Shown in pieces: positions 24,101 to 35,555 of a DNA stretch of 64,000 nucleotides (its first letter is position 1; every line of letters starts with the position of its first letter). The notes under the pieces were generated by a model. It worked only from the letters and a program-made list of their open reading frames with translations. It ran no database searches and was not told the origin of the DNA. This DNA is from Hypanus sabinus (Eukaryota). The stretch covers positions 19,902,001 to 19,966,000 of the forward strand of contig NC_082722.1 of NCBI RefSeq assembly GCF_030144855.1, read 5' to 3'. A program made the position numbers and the translations under genes.

Positions 24101-27100
24101 AACAATTTGCTGTAGGCTGACAGGTTTATAAAAAAATAGAAACGTGGACTAAATGTGCTTAATATCAGCCTCGCATTTGCATTCCTGGATGTTTCATGGA
24201 GGGTGTGATTTGCCACATTCAGCACATTAAATAGGGAAACAAAATCCAGCAATGACTTACATTCCGAGGAGAGCACTATCAGTGAATGTTGATGACTGGA
24301 AAGCTCCAACGCATGTTCTGAAAAACTACCTGAACAAATGAGTTGCCAGGATATTAAAAAAAATGTCCAAAAGCTGATTGCGCTCGGACTTTGGAAATAG
24401 GTCATATTTTGGGTTCTGTAGTTCAGTTTTGATAGGAAATGAAAAGAAAAATAGAGGAAGGCACATTTTCCAAAGCCTAAGGGCTGCCACAAACACAGTC
24501 CTGTGATCAAGCTGAAAGACCATTCAAAACAGAATATCTTCCTCACATTGCACCCCTTAGATTCGCCTTCTCGGTGTCATCTTCGAATTCTTCCTTTCAT
24601 CTGTCTCTGCACAGTGACTCGATTTTACCTTGTTTATTTTGGACTGTTTGTGCTGGATGGTGACTGCACGTGCTGTGTGGGAATACATGGACTGTAATTT
24701 GTAGTTGACCCCATAAGAACGATGTTTCATTTAGCCATGTACATCAGTCTGGTTGAATAACAATGAACTTGAACAAAATAATTTGTACAATACTGTTAAC
24801 CAATGACGTGTAACTAATTTGATAGTGAGATGTCATTGTAATTGGCGGGAAATAAAGGAAGTTGATTTAACTAAATGAATGGTAAACACCCAATAAAACT
24901 CTTTTTATTCAAGTTTCCCCAACTCCATTGGCAATCGTTCCTATTGGAGAGTGTTCGTCTCCTCGGCATCTCCTCTGTAAAACAGCTGCCTTCAACCCGA
25001 AGGAATTAGAAATCGTCTGGCAAAAAAATAACAGGCAAATTTGGACTGGAATAGAAACAGTGATATACCAGAACGCGGAGGGTTCATACGAGGCATACAG
25101 TTCATTGGAAATTAAACAGTCTGCTTGGGGAGAAGATGTTTACACCTGCCTAGTGTCGCATGTCAATCTCACTGTGTCTGTCAGTTTCAGGTACATCCCG
25201 AAGCAAGGTAAGATGCTGTCTTGATTGCATCCTGAAGTAAGGTCTCTGACCGAAATGTTGTTTTATTCCTCTCCTGATCTGCTGCGTACCTTCAGCGTTT
25301 TGTGTGTTACTATGAATGTTCAACATGTTCTGAATTTCTAGTATTCCGGGCAAGTTGGAAACGTTTACAAATGATATAGGTGTGTCGATCAAATCTGGTT
25401 AAGAACAATCACGGAACAGCTACCCAAACACGGATGAATGGCGAAATTTTTAGATTACTTGATTGCAGTGAACATTCAATGTGAATGGTGTTTCAAAACA
25501 AATGTCTTATACCCTCAGTTTAAATCGTGTAGGATGAATTAAGAAATTGGTTTCGGTTAGTACGTGCAAGGTAATAACCCTCCGGACTTTTGTCAAAGAT
25601 GAGACAAAGCAAAACTTAAACTCTAAATCGCATAGTGATATAACAAAGAAGGAAACAATCTGCTGGTGAGTGAAGGTGCATTTAATTAACAGTTTTATCG
25701 GAACAAATGTGGACATGGGGCAAAATCATAAACAAGGTAGGAATTCCTGAACACTGAGGCGTGACACTTAATTGACACCTGGAACGAATGCAAAGGGTGC
25801 GAGACTGTTAAAAGACCTTGACAAAATTCGGTCTCTGCGTAATTACCTTCCAATAATAGTGGGCAACACAGTGCAAATGGATGACTCGTGTTTATCTATG
25901 TTTTCATTATGCAGTTTTCCATTAATTCGGGTTTGTCACTCGTAAAGCATTGGAAAACTTAACAGTGGGAAACACGTTTAATATGCCCGATACACATTCA
26001 AGCTTAGAGGTACAGTGCTATAAACTCATGTAGTTAGCTAATAATTTCAGCTCGTAATGCAGAAGCGGAATGTTGAGGCACCAGGACTCCTTTGGCGTGA
26101 CTATAAGTTATCTATAGGGTTTTGATCGTACTAAAGAATGTCATTGACAGATGTGACTTAAAAGGTTAATTCGAGATCAGAATTGTATTAGGTTAGATGA
26201 TTACACGCTCAATTGATCTATTGATAACTATTGTCGAGAGAAGTACAGGAAAAAGCACCCGAGCCTATTCTTAGTCTTAGTAAATAGCTCGTATATGTCT
26301 GGAGAAAATAAAAAAACAGATTACTTTGTTCTATACTCTATATTCTGCAATTTTCCTATCAGTGTGTCGTGAGATTTGAAAGGACCCTATATAATAGTTT
26401 GCATTGTTGCTTCTCATACGTGGATTTAATTTTAGATGTATAAACACTTAACGGTTTCTTTTTCAAGGCGCTGATAGCAGATTTATTACCACATGTGCAG
26501 CGGGCGGAGCAGCAATTTTAATTTTAATTCTGATTATAGTGTTGCTGAAACTCAAGTTAAAGAGACCGCACGGTAAGAAGACTGATTGCTGAGAAACAGC
26601 ACCTCTTTTCGTACAAAATAGATGCGTTAATGACATTTAACTGCAAAAGAGTAATTGGCATTTACAGAATGTTTGGATCGCGATTTTCGAAGCCAGATTT
26701 CAGTGATAATATTCTGGCACAATATATGCTTGATTTTAAAGTTCAATTATTTCAACAACCCACTAGAAGTATTCCATATCTGATTTCCGAATGCTGTTAC
26801 ATCCCTTTGGAGTTCTTCAAATATCTTTTTTTAATGCAATGGCAGATCCGTATTTTGATACGTACATGACTTGGCGTAGATCTGAACTCCCTTTGATTGT
26901 GTAGAGAACATCGACTAACTTATGTACTTCCTCTTGGTTTTAATTTCCATTTTGGTTGGCATACTTAAATACAGTACCGCCGCAGTTATGCTATTATCAC
27001 TTTACAGCCTCGTTGAAAGTCAATGCCTTTTGAGCTAAGCACCAGGTTAATGCAGAACACAATATATTAGCACGACTGTTACAAACAAATACTTTCTGAC

Positions 27101-30100
27101 AGATCTGTGACTTCAGTAGTTCCACTAACACGATTAATTCGATTGGTATCAAATGAATAATGTACAATGTTTACAATGCAAATAATTTATTTTTGATTTC
27201 TTTTCTGAAGGGGGTAACACAAATACTTTGGACGAATGTCAGAATGAAGACCCGGTAGGTGAAGCGACTCGTCTTGTTTCAGAGCAGAATATTTGCATAG
27301 CAAAGATATCATGAATCTATTTAATTCCATACCACTTTGGAGCGTAGTAGGGAAAATAAAACTATTTTCCCCGTCAAATAGTTATTTTCAAGTACATATC
27401 CAAGATTTATTTGAATGTTCCCGTTGCATCTGCTTCCAGTAAACTTTCAAGATTCCACACCGGTTCATAGCCGGTTGAATTGGAACGGGAATGGTAATAT
27501 TTACCATTGGAAGGTCAGTTGCTTTGACGAATAATTCAACATGCATTTGAGACTGTGAGACACTGCTAAATGTTAGTTTATGAGAATTGCAGTTGACTGG
27601 AGAAAGGAAAGTAAACTGCGTGCACGAATCAATTCGTAATGTGTGTTACATTTGATCGAACGGACAATAAGCGAGGTAAAAATGTAACGAGATATTGTTT
27701 TGTTGAAATGGTCTTTGCAATATTAAATGCAGTTTTAACCCTGATCCGCAACACAGATCCACAGACCTGTGCATAACTTGCAATGGAATCGAATATGCTT
27801 GCAACATAACCTTGTAGTACGTGGTGAACAATGATTCTCCACATGGCACCTTCTAGTCCACGAGAATCAGCTGAATGAGTATTATCCTCAATGTGGGAAG
27901 CAAAGCCTTAAACAGATAAAAATACTCTCGTCTCCCGTTTGTATTCCAACCAGAAAATAATCAGTGGCTACTGACTGATTTTGGAAAGAGAACCAGTTGA
28001 CATTCCAGACTGATGACCCTTCTGCAGATAGCAACGTGAACATCAACTATTTTCCTTTAGCTGGTGGCTCCTGATCTACTAAAATGTTGTGTGTTCTATT
28101 TTTCTGTTTTATTTCATGCTTCCAGCACTTCAATGTTATATTTTTTGCTACTTGGATTCATTCTCAAGATAACCTTGGTCTTCTTGTGTTTCATTAATTA
28201 CATTCGCTAGTTTAACTCATTTAGTTTTAATTTTACCTAACGACTTTAGCTGCAAATGGAGCGACTGCAGCAACTAAGATAAGGTAGTCATACAGACATC
28301 ACTGATTTCATTATGGTAGAATTCCGCTAAAACTTTAACCAGTGTTCGAGCACTTCTGGAAATGTAGGAAATGTAGTAATATCTAAGTTGAAGATGAAAC
28401 ATTCATGACAAATCTTTACTGTTACTTTATTACTCTGGAATGCTATGCCATTATTTCAGTGAAACAAATTCTATTTTTATCATTTACCGTAACAACTACG
28501 TCAATTGCTTCTATCTATTTCGATCGTAATTCACCAGCAAATCCAATCAAATTAACGGAGTCCCAGGATGCCGCTCCCCTGTTTCCGGCTAGAGTTAAGC
28601 GAGACTTAACATCGGGACTTGCCATTTGCTCCAATATCCTCAACTTAAATAATGTGATTGTTCAGGGACATAGTTTCAATTTGCACTGCAGGGACGATTT
28701 CTGATCAGGACAATGATCACGATAATTCGACGCATGCGTAAAAGATCGAACATGGGCCTATGTCCATGCACAGAATTTAGAGCGATGTAAAAGAAAGGAT
28801 TTAGCAGATGAAAAAAAAACAGAGATGGCTAGAACCGAGAACCCCATCCTATTCCTACGACTGTTATAAGCAGTGATTTGAAAATCTAAACATAGCGACT
28901 TTCAGCCTGAAGCAGTCGAGATCCCACATCCGTATGATGTATGAACAGTATCATTGTGCGCAGACAAATTGATATTCCAACATTTTTTTTTATCCTCGGT
29001 GTTTAGATTTGGCAAATCGAATTTAGTTTATGATCTCTGTATCAGTTAGCTGTATTAAGCATGTTTTTCTAACAGGCTGAACAAGCACCGGTTGAGGACA
29101 CCACTGCCTATGCTTCACTAAACCATAGGGAGAGCAAACCATTTCGCAAAGACGGACAACATGAGGAGTGCGTTATCTATTCCCAGGTAAAGTAGAGAGA
29201 TTAACGTGAATGTGACATAGCTTTGCATTAGAGATATATCACTGTTACAGACCCTTCCGGTGCAAATAGCCCATGCCGCTCAGTCACACCCACATGACCA
29301 ATTAACCTAATCTGTAAATTATTGGCGGAAACCGGAGTACCCCTGAGGGTTCAGATTTATATATATATAATCATCATCCAAAAGGAAGTTAAGTTTACAA
29401 ACCTGAGGATACCATTGACACTGCAAGAGAATATAAACTGCGTCAAAGGGGGATTCCCTTTCAGTGAAACATCCTACCGTTCTGGTACAAACATAATATT
29501 TTCTTCTATCTGTGGGGACTCCAACCTGAAGGCATAAAGGCCGATTTGCGTAACTTTTGGGAATTTCTGCATTATTACATTCTCTCTTTTTGTCCGTTCT
29601 CTGTTTCACCTTTTCTCTTCTCGTCATCTGCCCATCAGGCTGCCCTCCACCCATGTGCTCCTCCTTCTTCCATTTTGCAGGGTCCACTCTCCTCCCGTCT
29701 CCGACTCCTTCATACACTCTTTACCTTTTCCACCCGACACCTCCCAGCTTCTTACGTCATTCCCACCCCAGTCATCCACATACCTTCGCACTCAGCTGTT
29801 TTCACCTGTCACCTGCTGCATTTCCAACACCCCCTCCACACCTTTATATTCTGGATTCTAATCCCTCTATTCCAGTCCCGATAAAGCGTCTCTGCCAGAA
29901 ACAATCGACAGTTTGTTTGCCTTCTTGAATGTTGCCTTACGTAATGAATTCCTTCAGTATTTTCTTTGCATTCTTCAAGAATTCCAGCATCTGCAGAATC
30001 TCTAGAGATTACTCTTTCCTTGCTATTACGAATTTAATTTTACATGTAATTTGCACGGGAATAAACACCAAAAAGCAGAAAACTAGGAATGCCATCCTTC

Positions 30101-30788
30101 CTAACGCCCATTATCAGCTCCATAATAAACACGAGTGTCTGAAAATAACTAGGAGAACAGAAGTACCGGAAATACCGAATTGTGACAAAACTGTAATCAG
30201 AAAGCCTGAATGAACAAAGTGCCAACGTTCATTCTATCATTTCCCCGCTGTCCCCGGACAACAATGTCCATGTGCATTTGGAACTGTGTTGGCAGGTTTG
30301 GCTGAGCAAAGACCTGTGAGCTCCATAAACGAAGCAGGATGTGGCAATTGGACACAGATGACCGAAAATACGATTGTATTATAAATTAGCCAATTGTTTT
30401 GTACCATATCTGCTACTACAAGAATTTCTCTACTCCCGTAACATGATTTTGTTAAATTTCTTTTTAAGTAAGGAAATAAAGTCTAATATATGAATATTTA
30501 AGGGAAATCTTGAAACAGTGTTGACATAATTGTGTACAAAGGGTAAGCAACAAAAATGAATTACTTATGAGTACATCTCTAAATCATTGTGCAATCGTGT
30601 CATTCAATTAGTCACTTAATGCTCGACTAACCTTTGATTTTGGATTACATTCACAGACTAAAGGAACTGGAGCTGACAAACTGACTTATGCCGCTCTGCA
30701 GATTCCCGATTCGAATTACACACAGACATCCAAAAATCAAAGCAAACATATATTGTACGCAGATGTAAATACATCAAAGAAGCTGTGA
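18085..30788 (+). CDS. Gene 1: germline-joined VJ-C1-TM-ITIM receptor; join(18085-18139,18326-18631,24914-25207,26468-26572,27211-27254,29076-29186,30657-30788), about 348 aa
   Basis: All introns are GT-AG with compatible phases (1,1,1,1,0,0). Total 1047 nt = 349 codons with no internal stop. Translation gives signal peptide, V-set, C1-set, a 22-aa hydrophobic TM and a tail with ITIM-like motifs. Confidence 0.88.
18326..18631 (+). CDS. Gene 1 exon 2, V-set Ig domain with joined J-like G strand
   Basis: Acceptor ttatgctttgtcag and donor gtaagt, phase 1-1. Translation has QFP, C, W, DVGVYYC and GNGSGSQLIV (ORF 18247-18711). Confidence 0.95.
18955..20660 (-). mobile_element. CR1 LINE 3' fragment in the gene 1 V-C1 intron, interrupted by the solo LTR
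   Basis: ORFs 20061-20297 and 20304-20687 translate to the CR1 ORF2 C-terminus (RDLGVLVH, RRMRRDLIE, TRGH). Confidence 0.85.
19080..20068. mobile_element. Solo-LTR-like insertion (about 990 bp) nested in a CR1 3' end
   Basis: TSD CCCCT (19075-19079, 20069-20073). Ends tttacg...cataaca (degenerate TGTTA...TAACA). CR1 sequence resumes on both sides. Confidence 0.7.
20862..23950 (-). mobile_element. CR1 LINE, most of ORF2 (endonuclease and RT), frameshifted
   Basis: ORFs 21428-22690 (QGSVFGP, FADDTKL), 22840-23457 (GDFN, SDHN), 23494-23694 and 20954-21283; short-repeat 3' tail at about 20862-20883. Confidence 0.95.
24914..25207 (+). CDS. Gene 1 exon 3, C1-set Ig domain
   Basis: Acceptor ctttttattcaag and donor gtaaga, phase 1-1. 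C1 signatures LLC..F.PKELEIVW, NAEGSY, SSLEI, YTCLVSH; Cys spacing 57. Confidence 0.95.
26468..26572 (+). CDS. Gene 1 exon 4, transmembrane (GADSRFITTCAAGGAAILILILIIVLLKLKLKRPH)
   Basis: Acceptor tttctttttcaag and donor gtaaga, phase 1-1. 22 uncharged residues followed by basic KLKLKR. Confidence 0.9.
27211..27254 (+). CDS. Gene 1 exon 5, short cytoplasmic spacer (GGNTNTLDECQNEDP)
   Basis: Acceptor tttcttttctgaag and donor gtaggt. Phase 1 to 0 is exactly what is needed to join the TM exon to exon 6. Confidence 0.75.
29076..29195 (+). CDS. Gene 1 exon 6, cytoplasmic tyrosine motifs (AEQAPVEDTTAYASLNHRESKPFRKDGQHEECVIYSQ|VK*)
   Basis: Acceptor tgtttttctaacag, phase 0. TAYASL is ITSM-like and VIYSQV fits the ITIM consensus. 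Internal donor CAG|gtaaag after 29186; in-frame TAG at 29193-29195 if unspliced. Confidence 0.88.
   Translation, partial: AEQAPVEDTTAYASLNHRESKPFRKDGQHEECVIYSQVK
30657..30788 (+). CDS. Gene 1 exon 7, terminal double-ITIM exon (TKGTGADKLTYAALQIPDSNYTQTSKNQSKHILYADVNTSKKL*)
   Basis: Branch-point-like ctaac and acceptor attcacag, phase 0. LTYAAL and ILYADV match the ITIM consensus. TGA at 30786-30788. Confidence 0.88.
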   Translation, partial: TKGTGADKLTYAALQIPDSNYTQTSKNQSKHILYADVNTSKKL

Positions 30789-30973
30789 AGCTGAGAATCC
30801 GATTGCAGTTCATAGCAATATATTATCAATCTGTGTAGGCCAGAGCATCGCTATGTTTCGTTTCTTGCGTCCATCAAAGGTTGATGATCAAAGGTTGATG
30901 GGAAGATAAATGATGATTTCCGTTTTCGACGCTTCTCCGATTTATTAGAGGCAATTGTCATAAAATAATATCA

Positions 30974-30988
30974 AATAAAGAAAATAAA
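30974..30988 (+). terminator. Candidate polyadenylation signals of gene 1 (two AATAAA)
   Basis: AATAAA at 30974-30979 and 30983-30988, about 190 nt after the exon 7 stop. Confidence 0.55.
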
Positions 30989-32051
30989 GAAAAGAACAGC
31001 AATAAGCCATTCCAGCCCTGTCTACTGCCCGGCCATTCAAGGTGATAACGACTGATATGTTCAGTCGTCGTCTCTTCTTCTGGTATATTGGAAAAACCCG
31101 ATGATTCCAAGAAAAAAAAAGTATTTCACCTTAAACGTTTCCCAGCATATTTGCTCCCACAAACCTTACAAGATGAAAAATAAATCCAGAGATTCACCAC
31201 CATCGGCGAGGATTTTTTTTTGACAGAGAAAACTCGCTAATTAAAAAATCTATTCTTGCACATGTATAATCAACGTTCAACCGAGGGAAATATAGATCGG
31301 AGGATGTTCGAATATTCGCAACGCGTTCTCGTGACAACACCTCTCTGCCTGAATTTTGATGTAGAGAGAAACAGAACAGATATTTCTGATTGGTAACCCG
31401 ATAAAGGTTATATATCTAACGCTTTAACCATGTTTCTCACCCTTGATTCTTCCGAGAAACTTTCACGTTTTAACCGAAAGTATCGTAGAATTTGCAGTGA
31501 TTGTAAGAGTTTGTAAAAAAAAACTCTTTAAACCATGTCAACGATCCCGATGGCTGGAGAAAGATTTCATGTGAGAAAACCATGCACATGAATAATATCA
31601 CATAATTATTGGGCTTACATCAATATTCTGATCCGAATCTTGAGAAAATTAGTCCAATAGCCTCCAGTGTTAACTCGGACTGTCAAATGGAAATCGACTT
31701 GAACCGATGATTCTTTTTTCTTTTTGGCAAAATATGAAGCTTCCCAAATCTTTCATCCCAACTGCTAAATAAATGTTTTTCTTTGTTATCAGTAATTTCA
31801 AAGAGCTAAATACATTCGTTTTCTATACAAATTACAATTAACAAGCATCTATTGAATTAAAACAATCTGGTCAATATTTGTAAAGTGTATTTGAAACTGA
31901 TAAGGTATCTGTACTCCGTTTTCTCCTGGAAGGTGATTCCCATCATACCCTTCTAGTCGTAGAACATACCTTGCAATTCTGAAATCCAGGTAGGTTTTTG
32001 TGCATGAAATTCATTCCATAGGTGTTGTCCCACTCTTTGCTTATTTACTAG

Positions 32052-32215
32052 NNNNNNNNNNNNNNNNNNNNNNNNNNNNNNNNNNNNNNNNNNNNNNNNN
32101 NNNNNNNNNNNNNNNNNNNNNNNNNNNNNNNNNNNNNNNNNNNNNNNNNNNNNNNNNNNNNNNNNNNNNNNNNNNNNNNNNNNNNNNNNNNNNNNNNNNN
32201 NNNNNNNNNNNNNNN
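32052..32215. other. N-gap, 164 nt
   Basis: Run of n. Confidence 1.
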
Positions 32216-33728
32216 CTGTGGGAGAGTTTACTGCCCATTATCAAATCGGAGAACTCGAAAAAGAGCGATGCAGTAGCCTTTGAAGCCGTAACTCAACGAG
32301 TTGCTTGTTTTCTTGCACCCCTCTCTCGCTATGTGTCCCTTTTTCCGCGAGAGAAACATGGGGCATGTTGAATTCCTTGTATGGGGGATTAGTTTTTATT
32401 CGTATTGAAAATCCTGGTCGCTTGGGATCTTTGTTATTGTTCGCCTGCTGCGTTAGGAGCAACAGTGGCGGGAACGTGGTGTTTGTGTGTGGAAGGATGC
32501 AGAAGGCTCCACAAAGCATTCTAACGTTTTCTAACCTTTCTAACCCCAATTCTAAAATTTCTACTGCCATTCATTTTTAGGGGTTCTCTTCTGTTTTCAT
32601 GGATATCTGCGATGTCCAATAATTTCAGGTTGTATATTGTATGCATTCTCTGATATTAAATTGGAACTATTGAATTATTGCACCATTGAAAACACCAGTT
32701 ACTCCCATTTGGCTGAGTTTGGATCTCACCACAATAATTTTTTTCTATCCAAGTACCAATCCAAATGTACTTCACACATTGGAATCGTACCCAGTTCTAT
32801 AAGTTCATGCGGTACTCTGTTCCATTTAAAAAATACCCTTTTGTTGACAAACTTTCCCTGGACTCTTTTAAATATTTGAACTCTCGGCTAGAATCGATGT
32901 ATTCTCATTTTCATTTTACCGATTCTTGGTAAGACACTTATCATACCACTGCTTACGCCCTTCCTGACATTACGTATATATGGTCACCACGCAACGGCCT
33001 GTGCTCCAGGGATGGATAGCCCCAGTCTGTTCCTGCATTTAAAAGTACGCTGTCCTACTAATATACGTGTCAATCTTTTCTGCGCTGTCTCAATCTTCAT
33101 CACATCTCTTCTGTTGTTGGCGATTAAAATACACAGCTTACATTTCACCAACGAATGCACAATACCATGTTTCAACAACGATTTGTACAGTAGAACATGA
33201 CGTTCAAGATCCTGTACTGATTGCCACAACTTGCACTCAAAGTCAGCAAGACGGAAGAGATACTTGTGAACTTCAGGAATGGTAAGACGAAGGAATAAAT
33301 ACCAATCCTCATAGAGGGATCAGAAGCGGACAGAATGATTAGTTTCAAGTTCCTGGGTGTCAAGCTCTCTGAGAATCTAACCCAGACCCAATATATCAAT
33401 GCAGCTATAAAGTAGGCAAGGCAGCGACCATACTTCATTCCGTGTTTGAAGATATGTGGTATGTCCACATATACACACAAAAACTTCTATAAGCGTACTG
33501 TGGAAAGCATTCTGACAAACTGCCTCACTGTCTGGTATAGGGGTGGGAGTGGTGGGATACTGCGCAGAACCGAAATTAGCTGCAGTGTGTCATAAACTTT
33601 GTCGGCTCCATCTTGGGTATAAGCCTATAAAGTACTCAGAACATCTTCAAGGAGAGGTGTCTCAGAAACGTAGCGTCCATAATTGAAGACATGCAACACC
33701 AAGGGCATTCTCCTTTCTCACTGTTAAA

Positions 33729-34405
33729 TGTAACGCTCTCCTTCGGGTGTAACTAATAACGCCGAATTCAACGTCGAGATAAACCACAGTCAATGAAACC
33801 AGATCGCAGTAAGATTAACCATTTACTGTTCATTCTTCACATTAACATATGGTGAAAACTGTTGATAAAACAATACAAGATTGATACAGTATTTGTTCCT
33901 TTCTTAATATCACATTTCAATTGTAAATACTTGTAAAGGTGACTATAACTACATTACACTAAGGTGCAGTATACAGGGAGAGTTTACCTGCTCCATTGAC
34001 TACTTTAAATACACTTCAATGCAAACTATCCGCAACTCTTTAACTAACGAAAACATAAACATTATCGACCGTCGTTACTTTTAACAGGATCGGCGTTAAC
34101 ATCTTAGTTCAATATATCGATTATCTATTAACTTACAGCGTTGCTCTCACTGTGATTTCTAATGCTTGCAAAACAACTTCTGCTCAGGTCTGCCTCGTGG
34201 TGAGCTCTCCCCACCCTCGCATTGATCTCAAACCGGTATTTTCCCACAAGACGCGGCGAAACCGGATGTTACGTCATCGCATGCCGATATATTTTACATG
34301 CAATGAATATACTTTAAACACTTCTAATTCTAAATAGAAAATACTAACAAATGAATTACTAAGCGAAAATATTATAAACTAAATATCTGTCGTAAAGCCA
34401 ACACA
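33729..34405 (-). repeat. BEL 3' LTR
   Basis: TG...CA termini; about 10 substitutions against the other LTR. Confidence 0.95.
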
Positions 34406-34463
34406 CTCCCCGCCTGACCTTCGTAAGGTCACAATGAGCAGAGTACAAAACTTAGTCTCTTAA

Positions 34464-35491
34464 TCAGTCATTGGGTAGAAGTAGAATAACTTCTGTAACT
34501 GGCCTTTGGTAAATTTTCACATCGCCTTGGTCGGTGGTCTTCAGTTCGATCTTCCTGACATGTCCATCCACACTAGGGAACGTAGCAGTGATTCTGGCCA
34601 TTGGCCAGCTGTTGCGGGCGATTTGCTTGTCCCTGAGCAGGACTAAGTCTCCAACTTGAAGATTCCTGCGGGGTTCTGTCCACTTTTGTCTCTGTTGCAA
34701 CAAAGGTAGATATTCCTGTCTCCAGCGAGACCAGAACTGATTTGCCAGAGCCTGGACTTGTCTCCATTGCTTTGTGTACAAATCCTTGCCTGAGAAGTCT
34801 CCTGGTGGAGGGGGTGCTCCTGCCTTCTGTGTAAGGAGCATTGATGGTGAAAGTATGAAGGGGTTTTCTGGATCAGAGGACACAGGTAGGAGTGGTCGTG
34901 CGTTTATAATGGCTGTGACCTCTGCCATTAGGGTGCACAGTACCTCGTGGGTCAATCGGTTGCGTTGCTGCAGAAACATTGAATCCAGAATTCTTCTGGC
35001 GATCCCAATCATCCGCTCCCATGCGCCTCCCATGTGCGAGGCGTGTGGTGTGTTGAACTCCCAGTTGCATCCCTGTTGACTGAGGTACCTTTGCACTGCT
35101 TTGTCCATGCCCAGCTCCTTGGATGCTCCTACAAAGTGCCGCAATCAGATCTTAACTGTTTTGCAGGGCCTCTTATCGCAAAGAACCGCCTGAGAGCGTT
35201 GATGCAGCTGGATGTATCCAAAGATTCGATGACCTCAATGTGTACCGCTCTTGAACTCATGCAGCTAAACATGATGGCCCACCGCTTGCTCTCTGCTTGT
35301 CCTCCTCTGGTACGTGTCGTAGTGATAGACCAGGGGCCGAATACGTCGAGTCCCACATTTGTAAAGGGAGGGCAGGCTTCAAGGCGCTCAGGTGGGAGGT
35401 CCGCCATGCGTTGAACTTCTAATCTGCCTCGTAGTTTCCTGCAGGTTACACATTTATGAAGTACCGAATTGATCAGTGTTTTACCTCCCAA
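34464..35491 (-). pseudogene. BEL/Pao integrase, split by frameshift
   Basis: ORFs 35129-35491 (CVTCRK, GLDVFGP, SDCG) and 34464-35144 (GGAWERMIG, FWSRWRQEYL, WPMARI). Confidence 0.9.
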
Positions 35492-35555
35492 GATCCACAG
35501 TCCCGCTGCTCTTATTGCTCCTTCGGTAAGGTGACGGCCCTGGTGCTTTACCTGT

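Noticed and set aside
24067-24546. 159-aa minus-strand ORF in the V-C1 intron
   Set aside because: No recognisable motif, and the frame does not appear to be preserved in the aligned gene 2 intron.
31993-32001. GGTTTTTGT nonamer (and ACAAAAACG at 50911)
   Set aside because: No heptamer at 12 or 22/23 nt spacing and no adjacent V, D or J segment.
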